A stretch of DNA of 64,000 nt from a virus, in IMG/VR virus record IMGVR_UViG_3300045988_051021; one strand, written 5' to 3'. The first letter of the stretch is position 1. Each line of letters opens with the position of its first letter. Shown here piece by piece: positions 36,378 to 47,177 of the stretch. The translations under genes were made by a program, and so were the position numbers. The notes beneath the pieces are model-generated. The model searched no databases, was not told where the DNA came from, and saw nothing but the letters and a program-made list of their open reading frames with translations.

Positions 36378-37114
36378 CGCTTCATACTTTTAGGTGGAAC
36401 GTATCCTTCAGGTATACAGTCCTCATATTTCCAAGACCTCAGATGTATAATGTTCCTTATTGGTGTTTTAGTCATATTAAACATTGTACAGAACTCTTCA
36501 CAGGTATATTTAGTGGAATTAGACCTTATGAATAAGACATCCTCTCTACTTAGTTTCTTATTAGGGTTCCCTTCTCCAGAGTTCTGGATTGACTTAATCT
36601 CTCCAACCTTCCTTTTATGTTCTTCTGAACACCTCTTGCCCAGATTGCATTTCCTAAGCCTGTCTCCTATCTCCCTTCTTTCCTCTTCAGTCCAGTAGTT
36701 CTTACACCTAGAATCTTCTGACATATTATACCCATTGGTGTAAGAGTCATATTCCTGTATCAAATATTCTTCAACGTCATATAAGAAATCTCTATCTACA
36801 TTGCAAGGATATATTCTGACTTCAAAATTCTTATACAAGTATTTATTAGTAGAATTTTGCAACTTTGTTGAATGGTGAGTACCTTGTTCTAGCATATGAA
36901 GGTGCTCACTGATTCTCTTCATAATATTTTTAGTAGAACCTATGTATACCTTATCGGTTATAAGATTCCTTATAATGTATATACCAGAAATCCCCTTAAA
37001 TGTTATATGAAGTCTACTTCTCAAACACGCATCTAAGTTATAAATAGCATCAGGTAGATTGAACATAAAGTTATTACCTACCCATTCCTTAATAGTTTCA
37101 TACTCATTAGTCAT
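36374..37114 (-). CDS. free-standing GIY-YIG homing endonuclease
   Basis: GIYIIRNLITDKVYIGSTKNIMKRISEH is the GIY-(10)-YIG..R..H motif. Downstream there are NUMOD3-like repeats (TEEERREIGDRL, SEEHKRKVGEIK). It overlaps both neighbours (TAATG and ATGA), so there is no room for an intron. Confidence 0.85.
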   Translation of the reverse strand: MTNEYETIKEWVGNNFMFNLPDAIYNLDACLRSRLHITFKGISGIYIIRNLITDKVYIGSTKNIMKRISEHLHMLEQGTHHSTKLQNSTNKYLYKNFEVRIYPCNVDRDFLYDVEEYLIQEYDSYTNGYNMSEDSRCKNYWTEEERREIGDRLRKCNLGKRCSEEHKRKVGEIKSIQNSGEGNPNKKLSREDVLFIRSNSTKYTCEEFCTMFNMTKTPIRNIIHLRSWKYEDCIPEGYVPPKSMKR

Positions 37115-38751
37115 TATTCAACTGTATTTAATAGTCCTGTGTTATCAACTGTATTCTCAAGAATCTCATGTACAAGTAGTTTACCAGCTTCAATAGCAGC
37201 TTCATCAGAACCGTCCTGCATTAGCTTCTCTAATTGCTTAGTAACCTCAAGATTGAAGATTATTTCTTCTCTCTCTACCTCAGCGTGTTGCTTTATATCG
37301 CCACCCTTCTCCTCAGTAATAACTGGAATACCTTTAGTAGTTACTTCCTCAAACTTCTCATCTACATTCTCTAAGTGATGTTTATGGGCGTGTAATGCTC
37401 CATCTGGTATTACATTAACAGCTCCACCATTTTTAAACTTCTTTGGAACATATCTATAATAATCCCCAGACTTATCTAAGTCATAGTTATTCCTAAATTG
37501 AATAGCTTCTGGGTCATTAGAGTTGTACCAATCTAACTCATATTTAAGAGTTGGATGGTCTTTAGCCTTCATGAACTCATAAATTCCAGTTTTAGGGTTT
37601 AAGTATACTGAATTTAGGTGATTCTTCCCAGCTTTTAAATCAGATACACTAGATGTTCTCCATGCTTCCAATTCCTCTCTTGGGGCTAGTTCGAAAGCCC
37701 TTCTAAGATTATAAGAAGTAGTATCCCTTCTATCCTCTGGAATCATATTATACCAAGATTCAAAAGTAACTTTAGGGGCAGCTCCTGTCATACCATCTAT
37801 ACTTCCCCCTTTTTGGAATCCAGCCACTTCCTCCATTCTAACCTCTTCTTGAATCTTCTTCCTCTTTTCCTTCTGACCTTTAGATAGTTTAACTACTCTC
37901 TTTGCAAAGTCTTTATCCATCTTTAGTCCAGATTTACCAGCCCTTACAGTATTCTGCTGATAACCTCCATTTAGTTGTAATTGAGTTCCTAATCCGAGTA
38001 AAGGATTGTTAGAAGCTGTAAATGCCATCTGTGCTTCATCAGCTATATTACCCATTTTAACTTGCTGCATCTGAGCATTATGTATTTGCTTATTAGCCTT
38101 ATTTCTTGCCCCACCACTAAATAGTCCATACTTTTTACCGCTCTTAGTAAGGGCATCATCTACAGTAGCTTGGGTTCCACCATAAGAAGACCCTACCTGC
38201 TCGAATGCCTCGTTGTCTTTAGTAATAGTATCTGCTTTCTTAGCACCAATAGAGTTAATTAGACCCACTGGAGTTAGTTTGAGGAACTTACTATCTAATA
38301 TCTTGTCGGCTGTAGTCATTTGGTCTGTTCCTACTCCCAATGCAGTTAATCCGTCTGATAACATTCCACCTACTTTCATAGCACCTCCTATAATAGTACC
38401 AACTCCAGGTATAGCAGACACAGCATTAGCAGCAGCATCATAGCCTTGGTTTAGTCCAGTAGTTAAAGCTGACTGTTCAGTCTGCGGGATTAGACTCCCA
38501 GCCACATCAGCAATACTCCCAGCTAGTCCAAAACCTTTATTGAGATTATTTTGCCTTGCGTATGTCCTTCGTATATTGGAGGATTGGTTCTTATTCCATT
38601 GTCTAACTGTGTCAGGAAGTTCTAACTGCGTAGGTATCTGAGGTTGCTGAATCATTGAAACAAGACTTGTAGGTTGGGGTAGTGGAGGAGTCAGATTACT
38701 CCCCCCTGTTAGTACCCCAGAATTTCGATATTTCTGTATACGTTTACGCAT
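37114..38751 (-). CDS. virion cargo/ejection-type protein (545 aa) sharing GG motifs with the 1698-aa protein
   Basis: N-terminal IQKYRNSGVLTGG, a Gly-zipper-like segment (GFGLAGSIADVAGSLIP...AIPGVGTIIGGAMKVGGMLSDGLTALGVG), and internal FQKGGS and FKNGGA motifs. Confidence 0.55.
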   Translation of the reverse strand: MRKRIQKYRNSGVLTGGSNLTPPLPQPTSLVSMIQQPQIPTQLELPDTVRQWNKNQSSNIRRTYARQNNLNKGFGLAGSIADVAGSLIPQTEQSALTTGLNQGYDAAANAVSAIPGVGTIIGGAMKVGGMLSDGLTALGVGTDQMTTADKILDSKFLKLTPVGLINSIGAKKADTITKDNEAFEQVGSSYGGTQATVDDALTKSGKKYGLFSGGARNKANKQIHNAQMQQVKMGNIADEAQMAFTASNNPLLGLGTQLQLNGGYQQNTVRAGKSGLKMDKDFAKRVVKLSKGQKEKRKKIQEEVRMEEVAGFQKGGSIDGMTGAAPKVTFESWYNMIPEDRRDTTSYNLRRAFELAPREELEAWRTSSVSDLKAGKNHLNSVYLNPKTGIYEFMKAKDHPTLKYELDWYNSNDPEAIQFRNNYDLDKSGDYYRYVPKKFKNGGAVNVIPDGALHAHKHHLENVDEKFEEVTTKGIPVITEEKGGDIKQHAEVEREEIIFNLEVTKQLEKLMQDGSDEAAIEAGKLLVHEILENTVDNTGLLNTVE

Positions 38752-41700
38752 AACTTACGATATATAATGTTTTTAAAGCTGTTATTATAGCTAACTCATC
38801 ACCAGTATATCTCACTTTAATCTTTATATATTTATCCCTAATTCTAGTCTCCTTCCTTTCATTAGACCATTTATTAACATCTAATGACAAGAAATCAGCA
38901 CTATAACCTCGGTCTCTTAATTCAGATGGGATATCAGAGTTACTAGTAATATTTAGAGCAGTCATACTCTCTGGTAATGGATTGTTAACTAGGTTAAGGG
39001 GTGGATATGTATTACCATCTTTATCCTTAATAGACCAAGCTAATTCATTTTTAGCCCAATAAGTTATAGAAGGTATTTGAATATCCCACTTATCTTCTAA
39101 GTAGTCCATGTTACCATTTATTCTACCATACTCCATAACCTCATACCATTTACCATTTTGAACTAGTACATTTGTGTATCCAGCTGCTATAAGTGAGCTA
39201 TATCTATCTTGAGTTATCTCTTGTAAATATCTCTTCTTAAAAGGACATGCCTTAATATGAGTAGCTATTCTAAATTCATTCAGTTGTTTATCATGTACAA
39301 TCTCAGAACCAGATATATGCTGGTAATCTCTACCAGCTGATGTCATTGATTGGTAATGGTCTTCAATATCATTCAGACTGTTTACCCTTGAATAGAATAA
39401 CGGGAACATAACTGACATATCCTTGTACTTAGTAGTGCTATATAATATGTCTCTTTGTTCTGGTATAACATTCAAGTAGTCATGATTATAAACTATATCT
39501 GCACCATTGTATTGGTATAGATGTTTAGTAGCCTCTTGTCTAAAATACATATTCTTTTTGTCGTTGGCAAAGTTATATACTTCTCCAACAACTTCAAAAT
39601 GGAATGATTCAGGTTGGGTCTTATTACTTATAATCTGTAAGTTATTAAAGATTTTATGTACTGATGGATTATCAACTACAATAAATTCCAGCTCAAATGG
39701 ATGTTGCTTACCATACCAATAGCAAGGACTAATTGGCTTTCTAGTAGGCATTAATCCAGCTTGACCATGCTTCCAGAATGAAGTAGTCAGTAAGTCGTAC
39801 CTCATCTTAGTAATTACAGTCACATTAGAGTATAATGTCTTTACTACATTTCTAACCTCACCTTCAACTAAGTCAGTTCCTTGATTATATACTACTGCTT
39901 TAATAGGTATTGTCCACCTACTATCTCCCACAGAATTAGCACTAACGGATACCTGATTCCCATTAGTAATGAAGAACTTATTTCTAACTCTATCATCAGC
40001 AATACTGTATTCAACACTTGAACCACTAATGTCCAGATTCAGCTGTAAGTTACCTAACTTAGCTTTACCATCTACTACAGTTAGTACGTTATCAACTACT
40101 GCACCACCCTGCATACTAATAAGAGGGTAGTTAGAAGTTATCTTAGTAATTGTCTTAGATGTATTCCTGTCAAAGCTAAAGAAGATATTGTCAATATTCT
40201 CAGAATATGATGGAACCCATGAGTAGAATGTTACAAACTTCTGCATTACCTCATTGTAGCATAAATTCCATACATTCTCTTCCAATGTATTAATATCATC
40301 ATAGAAGGTAAACATTACATCTTGCTTAAACCTATTGTAGTGAGTTTTAACGTTCCTAATACCAATAATTGGAGTCTTCTCTTTCTCAGTAAGTGAGATA
40401 TTGTCATTCAAGAACTTCTGTACTTTAAAGTCTGAGATAACCTCAAACGTCTGTCCATTAGTTCTCCAAATCTTCTTCCCGACTGTATCCACTCCGTAGA
40501 CGTAATAGGGAGTCTTGATGACACTCTCTGACCACTGAGTACCGAATGTATCAGACAGCATTTTTGGATTCTCTGGCAGTACGTTAGAGGTGTTTATGAA
40601 GATATTTCCGCCTGCACCTTCACCTGCAACGGCTCTTTCATTGACTGGTATCAAAGCAACACCATGTTCAAATACACAGATAATACTACCAAACCATTCA
40701 ACTAGCTTAACTATACTACCATAAGTTAATGGATAATCTCTATAATGAGTTAATTTGAATACTCTATATCCATTCTTGAATGAGTCATTAACATTTACAT
40801 CAGAATACATAACCCTAATATGGAATTTATTCTTGATAGCTGGAACATTTGGTAGTTCATAATAATACTTATCAGATGTAGTAGAGTTGATGCCCCCATT
40901 TATAACAAATGATTCTGGTATTTTAGATTCACCAGTAACTGACATAGCCTGTAATGGATAGAATCCTCTAGCTTTACCAGTCAGTCCTAGTTCTGAAATA
41001 TATGACATATCAACACTTCTCATAGATAAATTAATATTACTACACACCCTAACAGTAACCCAGTGTCCCATCTTAATAGCATTTACATCCCCTCTATTAA
41101 TCTTACTATTCTTCTCACTATCACTAATTGTATAGTTATCTTTCCATGACATTTGGTCTACTATATCGTCATTAGTAGGAGCTGATGAATCTTGGAAATT
41201 CCTACACATTCTATGAGTATAATTACCTATATAACAATCACCTCTAAACAAGTCCTTAACTATCATATTACTTCCATCCTCCTCCATATCGTCCCATACC
41301 ATTCTGTTACATATAGCATAGAACGCTGAAGAATCCTCGTACCTCACTTCAAAGTATGTATCTAATAGATTCTCTTCATAGTTAGGAATTTTAATATCAA
41401 TAAGACTCATTTTACTAGTGTTGTATCCTTCTAGACCAATATAAGGCCCCCAACTTCCCCTTAGTAGATTCCTAGCATTAGATGATTTATTAGTGTAATC
41501 ATAATATGATACTCTCCATGCTTCCTCAGCTTCCCCAGCCCTTGCACTGAATAATTGTTTCTTCCCCTTAAGTGACTTAACATTATCTCCAACTGCCATT
41601 ATGTTGTACACCTCATCTTGAGTTGCATCATTATAGCTGTAGGATGTATTATAAAAATGTACTCCGCTTCTCTCAAAATACTTCTTAGTAAACTGAGACT

Positions 41701-43444
41701 TAGCCATCTTAACGTTAAACTGAGTTCCAGTAAATAGCTGATTAAAGTAGGATTGTCTTAGTTCAAACTCAGGACACAAAGCAGCATATCCCTCTAACAC
41801 AGACTTGGAAGGAATATCTTTACATCTTCTGTCAAAGTCATGTGTCAATACTCCATCATCATCTAGGAATCTCTCTACTCTATATTCATCATCACTCGTT
41901 GGTAGAACTGGCAGATAGCTTGTATTCTCTAGTCCAATTGTAACTGCCTGAGCTAGTGTAGTAGGTATTCTCTTTTGTCTTACGAAGAAGAATCCTTTAG
42001 TATATCTCCTTAATTCCCTAGCTGCATCTTTGCTAATCTTAATATCAAATCCAATTGGAATTGTACCACTATCAGCTAATTGATTACCGTTATATTTAAT
42101 TTTAACTACACCCTTAGAGTTTTCATTCTGACTATCTAGCTTATATGTTTCCTTATTAATAGGGATATATTCTCTATTAGCCTGGATAGTAGCTATATCA
42201 TTAGTACTAGTCGGGTCAAATCCTTCTTTAAATAGTGGATAATCCTTCCAATCTATTCTATCTGCATCCCCAAGTTTGGCTAGTCTACTAATACCCCTAA
42301 TATTAAATACAGGAGATAGGGTATAGTCATTAAGGATATATACCACCCCTAGTCTGTAGATTTCATCATTCCAATATCCGAGTCTGTTATAGATGTTCAT
42401 CACATTGTAATACTCGTATGGTTGGGCTACTCCGGAATTGTCCTTATAGTCTTTATCAACTCTTCCTATATTGTTCTCTACATTTAACTCTGGCAGGAAG
42501 TGAAGAGATAGGTCTGTAAGTTCTTTATATGGAATATCTGGATTAGCTACATTGCCTAAGAATAGCATATTCTGACAAGTAGTTTGTGCTACTGCACTAT
42601 TAACCACATTGTATGCTACGTTAATATCATTAATACTAACAGATTGTACAGTTTCAAATCCAGTAATACTAATCTTAGCCACATTATTATATACGGCAAA
42701 CTGTTTCATAATCTTAAACGATGTAGTCATTTCATTTCCATCTATATCAGATGTACTTCTTGTATAATAAACTACTACATTGTTGTAAGATGAATCTATG
42801 TTAGTTAGTAAGAATGAAGCTGACTTATAACTGTTTTCATCTCTAATTCCACCTTGTATAGAGGATGGGTCATTCAAATTACCAATATGGCAAGTTACTA
42901 TGCCTGACTCAGCTATAAAATCTGTTTCATTCCCATCTGAATCCGATAACTTAAAGTAGAATACATAATTACCAACCCTCAAATTACCACTAGTATTTAG
43001 CCCCATGAATGTGAGGTTAGCAATATTGTTAGTCTTCTTATAAAGAGATATATCAGATTCAAAGGAATCTATGTCATATATGTTAGTATCATTATCTCCT
43101 TCTCTATCTACAATTTGATATGTGTTCATACCAGTAGATGAGAATCTTGTATTAATTAACTTAGGATAGGTACTTCCGTCATTAAGGATAAGGTTAACTG
43201 AACCATCATAAGACTGTTGAGTAACAATGTCAATAGGATGGTTCAGGTCAAAGTTAAGTAGTTCTGTATCTAGGTTAATTAAACTACCTTTAGGATACAC
43301 AACTGACCCATGTTCCCTTATATCCTCATTAGTTCTTAAAACCCTTAATGGGTTATATTCATAAACTAATGCTCCTTTTTGTTGAAGTTGATTTAATCCT
43401 AAGTCTAAGTTTAGTGACTTACCACTTAGTGATTTGAAGTTCAT
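38744..43444 (-). CDS. large virion structural protein (1566 aa; tail module by position)
   Basis: Uninterrupted 4.7-kb ORF in the late arm, next to the cargo-type protein. It has a beta-rich composition and no enzymatic motif was recognised. The function is inferred from synteny with crAss-like tail genes only. Confidence 0.5.
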   Translation of the reverse strand: MNFKSLSGKSLNLDLGLNQLQQKGALVYEYNPLRVLRTNEDIREHGSVVYPKGSLINLDTELLNFDLNHPIDIVTQQSYDGSVNLILNDGSTYPKLINTRFSSTGMNTYQIVDREGDNDTNIYDIDSFESDISLYKKTNNIANLTFMGLNTSGNLRVGNYVFYFKLSDSDGNETDFIAESGIVTCHIGNLNDPSSIQGGIRDENSYKSASFLLTNIDSSYNNVVVYYTRSTSDIDGNEMTTSFKIMKQFAVYNNVAKISITGFETVQSVSINDINVAYNVVNSAVAQTTCQNMLFLGNVANPDIPYKELTDLSLHFLPELNVENNIGRVDKDYKDNSGVAQPYEYYNVMNIYNRLGYWNDEIYRLGVVYILNDYTLSPVFNIRGISRLAKLGDADRIDWKDYPLFKEGFDPTSTNDIATIQANREYIPINKETYKLDSQNENSKGVVKIKYNGNQLADSGTIPIGFDIKISKDAARELRRYTKGFFFVRQKRIPTTLAQAVTIGLENTSYLPVLPTSDDEYRVERFLDDDGVLTHDFDRRCKDIPSKSVLEGYAALCPEFELRQSYFNQLFTGTQFNVKMAKSQFTKKYFERSGVHFYNTSYSYNDATQDEVYNIMAVGDNVKSLKGKKQLFSARAGEAEEAWRVSYYDYTNKSSNARNLLRGSWGPYIGLEGYNTSKMSLIDIKIPNYEENLLDTYFEVRYEDSSAFYAICNRMVWDDMEEDGSNMIVKDLFRGDCYIGNYTHRMCRNFQDSSAPTNDDIVDQMSWKDNYTISDSEKNSKINRGDVNAIKMGHWVTVRVCSNINLSMRSVDMSYISELGLTGKARGFYPLQAMSVTGESKIPESFVINGGINSTTSDKYYYELPNVPAIKNKFHIRVMYSDVNVNDSFKNGYRVFKLTHYRDYPLTYGSIVKLVEWFGSIICVFEHGVALIPVNERAVAGEGAGGNIFINTSNVLPENPKMLSDTFGTQWSESVIKTPYYVYGVDTVGKKIWRTNGQTFEVISDFKVQKFLNDNISLTEKEKTPIIGIRNVKTHYNRFKQDVMFTFYDDINTLEENVWNLCYNEVMQKFVTFYSWVPSYSENIDNIFFSFDRNTSKTITKITSNYPLISMQGGAVVDNVLTVVDGKAKLGNLQLNLDISGSSVEYSIADDRVRNKFFITNGNQVSVSANSVGDSRWTIPIKAVVYNQGTDLVEGEVRNVVKTLYSNVTVITKMRYDLLTTSFWKHGQAGLMPTRKPISPCYWYGKQHPFELEFIVVDNPSVHKIFNNLQIISNKTQPESFHFEVVGEVYNFANDKKNMYFRQEATKHLYQYNGADIVYNHDYLNVIPEQRDILYSTTKYKDMSVMFPLFYSRVNSLNDIEDHYQSMTSAGRDYQHISGSEIVHDKQLNEFRIATHIKACPFKKRYLQEITQDRYSSLIAAGYTNVLVQNGKWYEVMEYGRINGNMDYLEDKWDIQIPSITYWAKNELAWSIKDKDGNTYPPLNLVNNPLPESMTALNITSNSDIPSELRDRGYSADFLSLDVNKWSNERKETRIRDKYIKIKVRYTGDELAIITALKTLYIVSYA

Positions 43445-43447
43445 ATA

Positions 43448-46400
43448 CTAATAACGAAATATTGATTTAGGTCCAAACCCTATATTTATAGCCATATCTG
43501 GGGCAGAACCACTATGGTCTTTTCCATCAGTCCAAGTTGCTAACACAGTTGATATATTGTGTATTCTAACATCATTGAAGTAACCTGCCGGAATTTCCCC
43601 CGAACGCCCCTCTATCTCATACATATTGATAAACCTATCATTTATTCTATATCCTAATGAGATAGGCTCATTTCTCCAGGATACCATATTAGAATCTGAG
43701 GCTTGATTAATTTGATACGTTCCATCACTATTTACAGCTAAATTAATACTTCCATCACTATTAGCTGAGAATGGAGAAGCAGGCTTCCCTATGAATATCT
43801 TGCCCCTTTCTTCATCAGTAAATTGTGACCCTCCACTAGTAGTATAGTAGGAATATGCACTTGTGTAGCAATTTAATATATTAGAATCTGTATCAAATTT
43901 TATATTGTCCCCATATTCAATAGTTGCTTTAGCTGATGTGGGCATATGTACCTTAAATATTGGTAGAAAGTTCTTAAGTCCAGATATTGCAGCTACCCAT
44001 TTAGCCATATGGGACTCGATAGATTCTTTACTCTCTCCAAGGAAGAAGTTTACATCAATATCTCTACCTGCATTGTTAATTGGCACATTGACATCACAGC
44101 TAGTATTAAATGCAGTATGGTATACAAACTCTAGATTATTTGGACCAACGAAACTAAAACTCTTGTTACCTTTCTTTACAACTAGCATTTGGCTTAAGAA
44201 GCATTTAATCATCTTCTCCACCCTTATTAGTGTGGATTCCACTTGCACATTTGCATTCTCAGTCTTTCTAGATGCAAGATTAATGGGCCAATGATTACCA
44301 TCCTTATCTTTCCATGTTGCTATCAGATAATTGTCCTCATCATCTATCTCTTGGTCTTTCCTAAACCAAGCTGCATTAGTGTATTGAGTACCATTGAATC
44401 TTAACGATGCAGCATCACAGTCATGTCCGCCAAATATTCCGATTGTACCATTACCCATACTGGCTAAACAGGCTCTCAATCCTTCTTCATTGACTCCTGC
44501 CCCACCATCCGGACCCCTAAAGTCCCCTTTAGTGTGTGCATCTCTAAGTACTCTAGAATTATACGCTAAATGTCCTCGACTTCCTGTAACGCAATACAAT
44601 ACATCATCAGTCTCTTTAAACGTAAATAGTTTATTTAGCTCTGATGTATCTAGAGAAGAGCTGTAAACAGGCATTAGTTTCTCTATCTCTGCACTTGTTG
44701 ATTTAACAGGACCATTTGCAGCTATAATGTTTCTGGATGTATATATCCTTCCTTTTAATTCTTTCTTAGAATTATCCCAAGCAAAGTTCTCAGCCTTTTC
44801 AAATAACTGGTTAGCACCTATCTCTGAGGTCAATGTAGAGCTGCTACTAAAGGCAATGTTACTATTATCAGGCTTACCAAATGTAGCCGTTGGGGTAGAG
44901 CCAAAGAAGTTATTTATTACACTTTGGTCTGGTTTACCTGCATAAGTCTTATCATCAAAATCAAAGTCTGCGGCTGGTCTAATGGTAACATCATATACAC
45001 CTGTCTTCCTTGTGTTATATCTGTAATTAGGTTTAGCATCAGATGGAACTTCCTTAATATAGTCTAATGGGCTAACTACGTCCTTGTCTACAAATGTCTG
45101 ACTATCATGAACTTTAATAGCAGTAGTGATATTTCCATTCCTTACAGATGTATTTATCTCATTCTTAGTTCCTAATAAAACTTTCTGTCTCGCACTTCCA
45201 CTAGGTAGCTTATTAAAGTCTGGAGTTTCTTCAAAGTTATCATTGAAATAGCTTCCAGTATATACTAACTCATATCCAACCGTCTTCTTAGTATCACCTA
45301 CATACCTGTCTATTCTTACTATGTATATCCAACTCTTTCTAATTGTTGAATCTCCGAACGGAATTATCTCTTCGAAAGAACCATTATAGTATTCTTTAGA
45401 TATGGTATATACATAATCGCCTTTTAGAGTTGCAGCAGATTTAGCCTCAGCTGAATCATTTATATCAATAAATGTAAACTCAATTTTGGTAATGTTAGAG
45501 TCTTCATTCAAATTGTAGTAGTCATACCCCCAACCAATCTTTAGATATGTATCTGTCACATAAAATCTCCACTCCCCTAATACCTCAGAGTTAGTCCTAA
45601 TAGCATCAAAGTCTATAGTGCCAATTTTAGCCATTCTCTCTAATGCACCATAAGGGCAGACTGGTAATATTTTATATGTTTGTTTACCTGTTTTACCACT
45701 TTTAACGATTGTAGATTTTACTGCATAATCAGTCTCCTCTAATATTCCAATCTCAGCTGGATTCTTCTTAGATGTTCCTTCATATACACCAGTAGTTTCA
45801 CCTGAGAACTCTACACTGATAACCTTGGATTCATCATTACATGAATACTTTCTTATTAGGTTAAATGTATCAAAGGTCTTTAGCTCAATTACTAAAATTA
45901 ATGCCCCAGATGATTTAGCACTAAATACTTGCACAAGTTCTTTAGATTTAATAACATCTAACATAGGAGTGTCAGTATTCTCATAAATCCACAATCCATT
46001 TTTATATATCTTTAAGTTCTTCTCATCTATATAATCAATGTTGCCACTGCTATTTATAACCCCAAGTCTTAATTTAACTACACCTTTGTTTATAGCTTCT
46101 TTTATAGCAGTATCTATAGTAGTAGAAGTTATTACAAACCTATCACCAGGATGAAATATCTTTACTTCACCTGTATTCTCAGTCTGGAATAATCTTTCCT
46201 TATAGTATTCCAATTCTATGTAAGGTACACTTCCCTTCATCGTTATAAACTTGGAGAAGTCAAACCGTATGGGTGTTACATTTAAATCTTCTCCTTCATA
46301 TAGTTGCTGAGGGGAGGGGAATGAGCCTATCTGACTCTTACCAGTGACAGGATTATGGGCAGCTACATAGATTATACCTCCATGCTCTTTCATTCCTACA

Positions 46401-46594
46401 GGTACATAACCTTTATCAAGATAGGCAGTATGGACTTCTCCATTCCCCATATCATTCTGCAGTACAAATTCATTACCATTGTACGTTATTATAGTACCGT
46501 TTAAGCAGTTCGTTAATACATTACTGGGAGTAGTTAGTGGATGTAAATCCATTATTAAACCTTCCCCAAAGGTATTAATTGCTTCTTTTCTCAT
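43448..46594 (-). CDS. large virion structural protein (1048 aa; tail module by position)
   Basis: 3.1-kb ORF tightly packed with its neighbours. The function is inferred from position only. Confidence 0.5.
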   Translation of the reverse strand: MRKEAINTFGEGLIMDLHPLTTPSNVLTNCLNGTIITYNGNEFVLQNDMGNGEVHTAYLDKGYVPVGMKEHGGIIYVAAHNPVTGKSQIGSFPSPQQLYEGEDLNVTPIRFDFSKFITMKGSVPYIELEYYKERLFQTENTGEVKIFHPGDRFVITSTTIDTAIKEAINKGVVKLRLGVINSSGNIDYIDEKNLKIYKNGLWIYENTDTPMLDVIKSKELVQVFSAKSSGALILVIELKTFDTFNLIRKYSCNDESKVISVEFSGETTGVYEGTSKKNPAEIGILEETDYAVKSTIVKSGKTGKQTYKILPVCPYGALERMAKIGTIDFDAIRTNSEVLGEWRFYVTDTYLKIGWGYDYYNLNEDSNITKIEFTFIDINDSAEAKSAATLKGDYVYTISKEYYNGSFEEIIPFGDSTIRKSWIYIVRIDRYVGDTKKTVGYELVYTGSYFNDNFEETPDFNKLPSGSARQKVLLGTKNEINTSVRNGNITTAIKVHDSQTFVDKDVVSPLDYIKEVPSDAKPNYRYNTRKTGVYDVTIRPAADFDFDDKTYAGKPDQSVINNFFGSTPTATFGKPDNSNIAFSSSSTLTSEIGANQLFEKAENFAWDNSKKELKGRIYTSRNIIAANGPVKSTSAEIEKLMPVYSSSLDTSELNKLFTFKETDDVLYCVTGSRGHLAYNSRVLRDAHTKGDFRGPDGGAGVNEEGLRACLASMGNGTIGIFGGHDCDAASLRFNGTQYTNAAWFRKDQEIDDEDNYLIATWKDKDGNHWPINLASRKTENANVQVESTLIRVEKMIKCFLSQMLVVKKGNKSFSFVGPNNLEFVYHTAFNTSCDVNVPINNAGRDIDVNFFLGESKESIESHMAKWVAAISGLKNFLPIFKVHMPTSAKATIEYGDNIKFDTDSNILNCYTSAYSYYTTSGGSQFTDEERGKIFIGKPASPFSANSDGSINLAVNSDGTYQINQASDSNMVSWRNEPISLGYRINDRFINMYEIEGRSGEIPAGYFNDVRIHNISTVLATWTDGKDHSGSAPDMAINIGFGPKSIFRY

Positions 46595-47177
46595 ATTTTA
46601 TAAGTTCATAGTTGTTACTACTAATAAGTATGTCCTTGAACGTACTTGGGTTATCTCTTACTAATGCAACTTCTAAGTCATTGCATTTCATTGCATCTTT
46701 AAAGAATGTATATCCCATATCGGTAACATATCTATACCTTACGATATATTTAGACCAGCTATAAAATACTTTAGCTTCATCAAAGACCTTCATTCCGAAT
46801 TTGTTGTGGAATATAAAATTCTTCTTCTTTCTTCCCCTTCCAGTAGTAGATTTAACTACTGATTTATATTCATCTTCTGTTAATCCTATATAATAGTATC
46901 CATCCCACTCTTTAACCTTTTTAGAATACAGTACTCTTAGCTTCCTCCTAAGCATTCTCCTATAGTAATTATAGTGTTTAATTGAGTCACGTGTAAGTTG
47001 CCCACAATAAAACCAATACCTGTACTTGGTACTACTAATAAGAGTATCACATCCCCTAAGATTATAATAGTATAGCATCCTCCATCCATATTCAACAGCT
47101 CGTTTGACATCCTCTGGAGGTACTGTAGGGAATTGGGCTATTAGCTCCGGTAAATAATCATTGACACTTTTTAGCAT
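46575..47177 (-). CDS. hypothetical protein (structural module)
   Basis: 200-aa basic ORF. Its start overlaps the upstream stop (TAATG). Confidence 0.55.
   Translation of the reverse strand: MLKSVNDYLPELIAQFPTVPPEDVKRAVEYGWRMLYYYNLRGCDTLISSTKYRYWFYCGQLTRDSIKHYNYYRRMLRRKLRVLYSKKVKEWDGYYYIGLTEDEYKSVVKSTTGRGRKKKNFIFHNKFGMKVFDEAKVFYSWSKYIVRYRYVTDMGYTFFKDAMKCNDLEVALVRDNPSTFKDILISSNNYELIKYEKRSN

Noticed and set aside
36374-37114. The possibility that the second GIY-YIG endonuclease is also intron-encoded.
   Set aside because: It overlaps both neighbouring ORFs (TAATG, ATGA), so there is no flanking non-coding sequence for an intron core. The neighbouring ORFs are complete.
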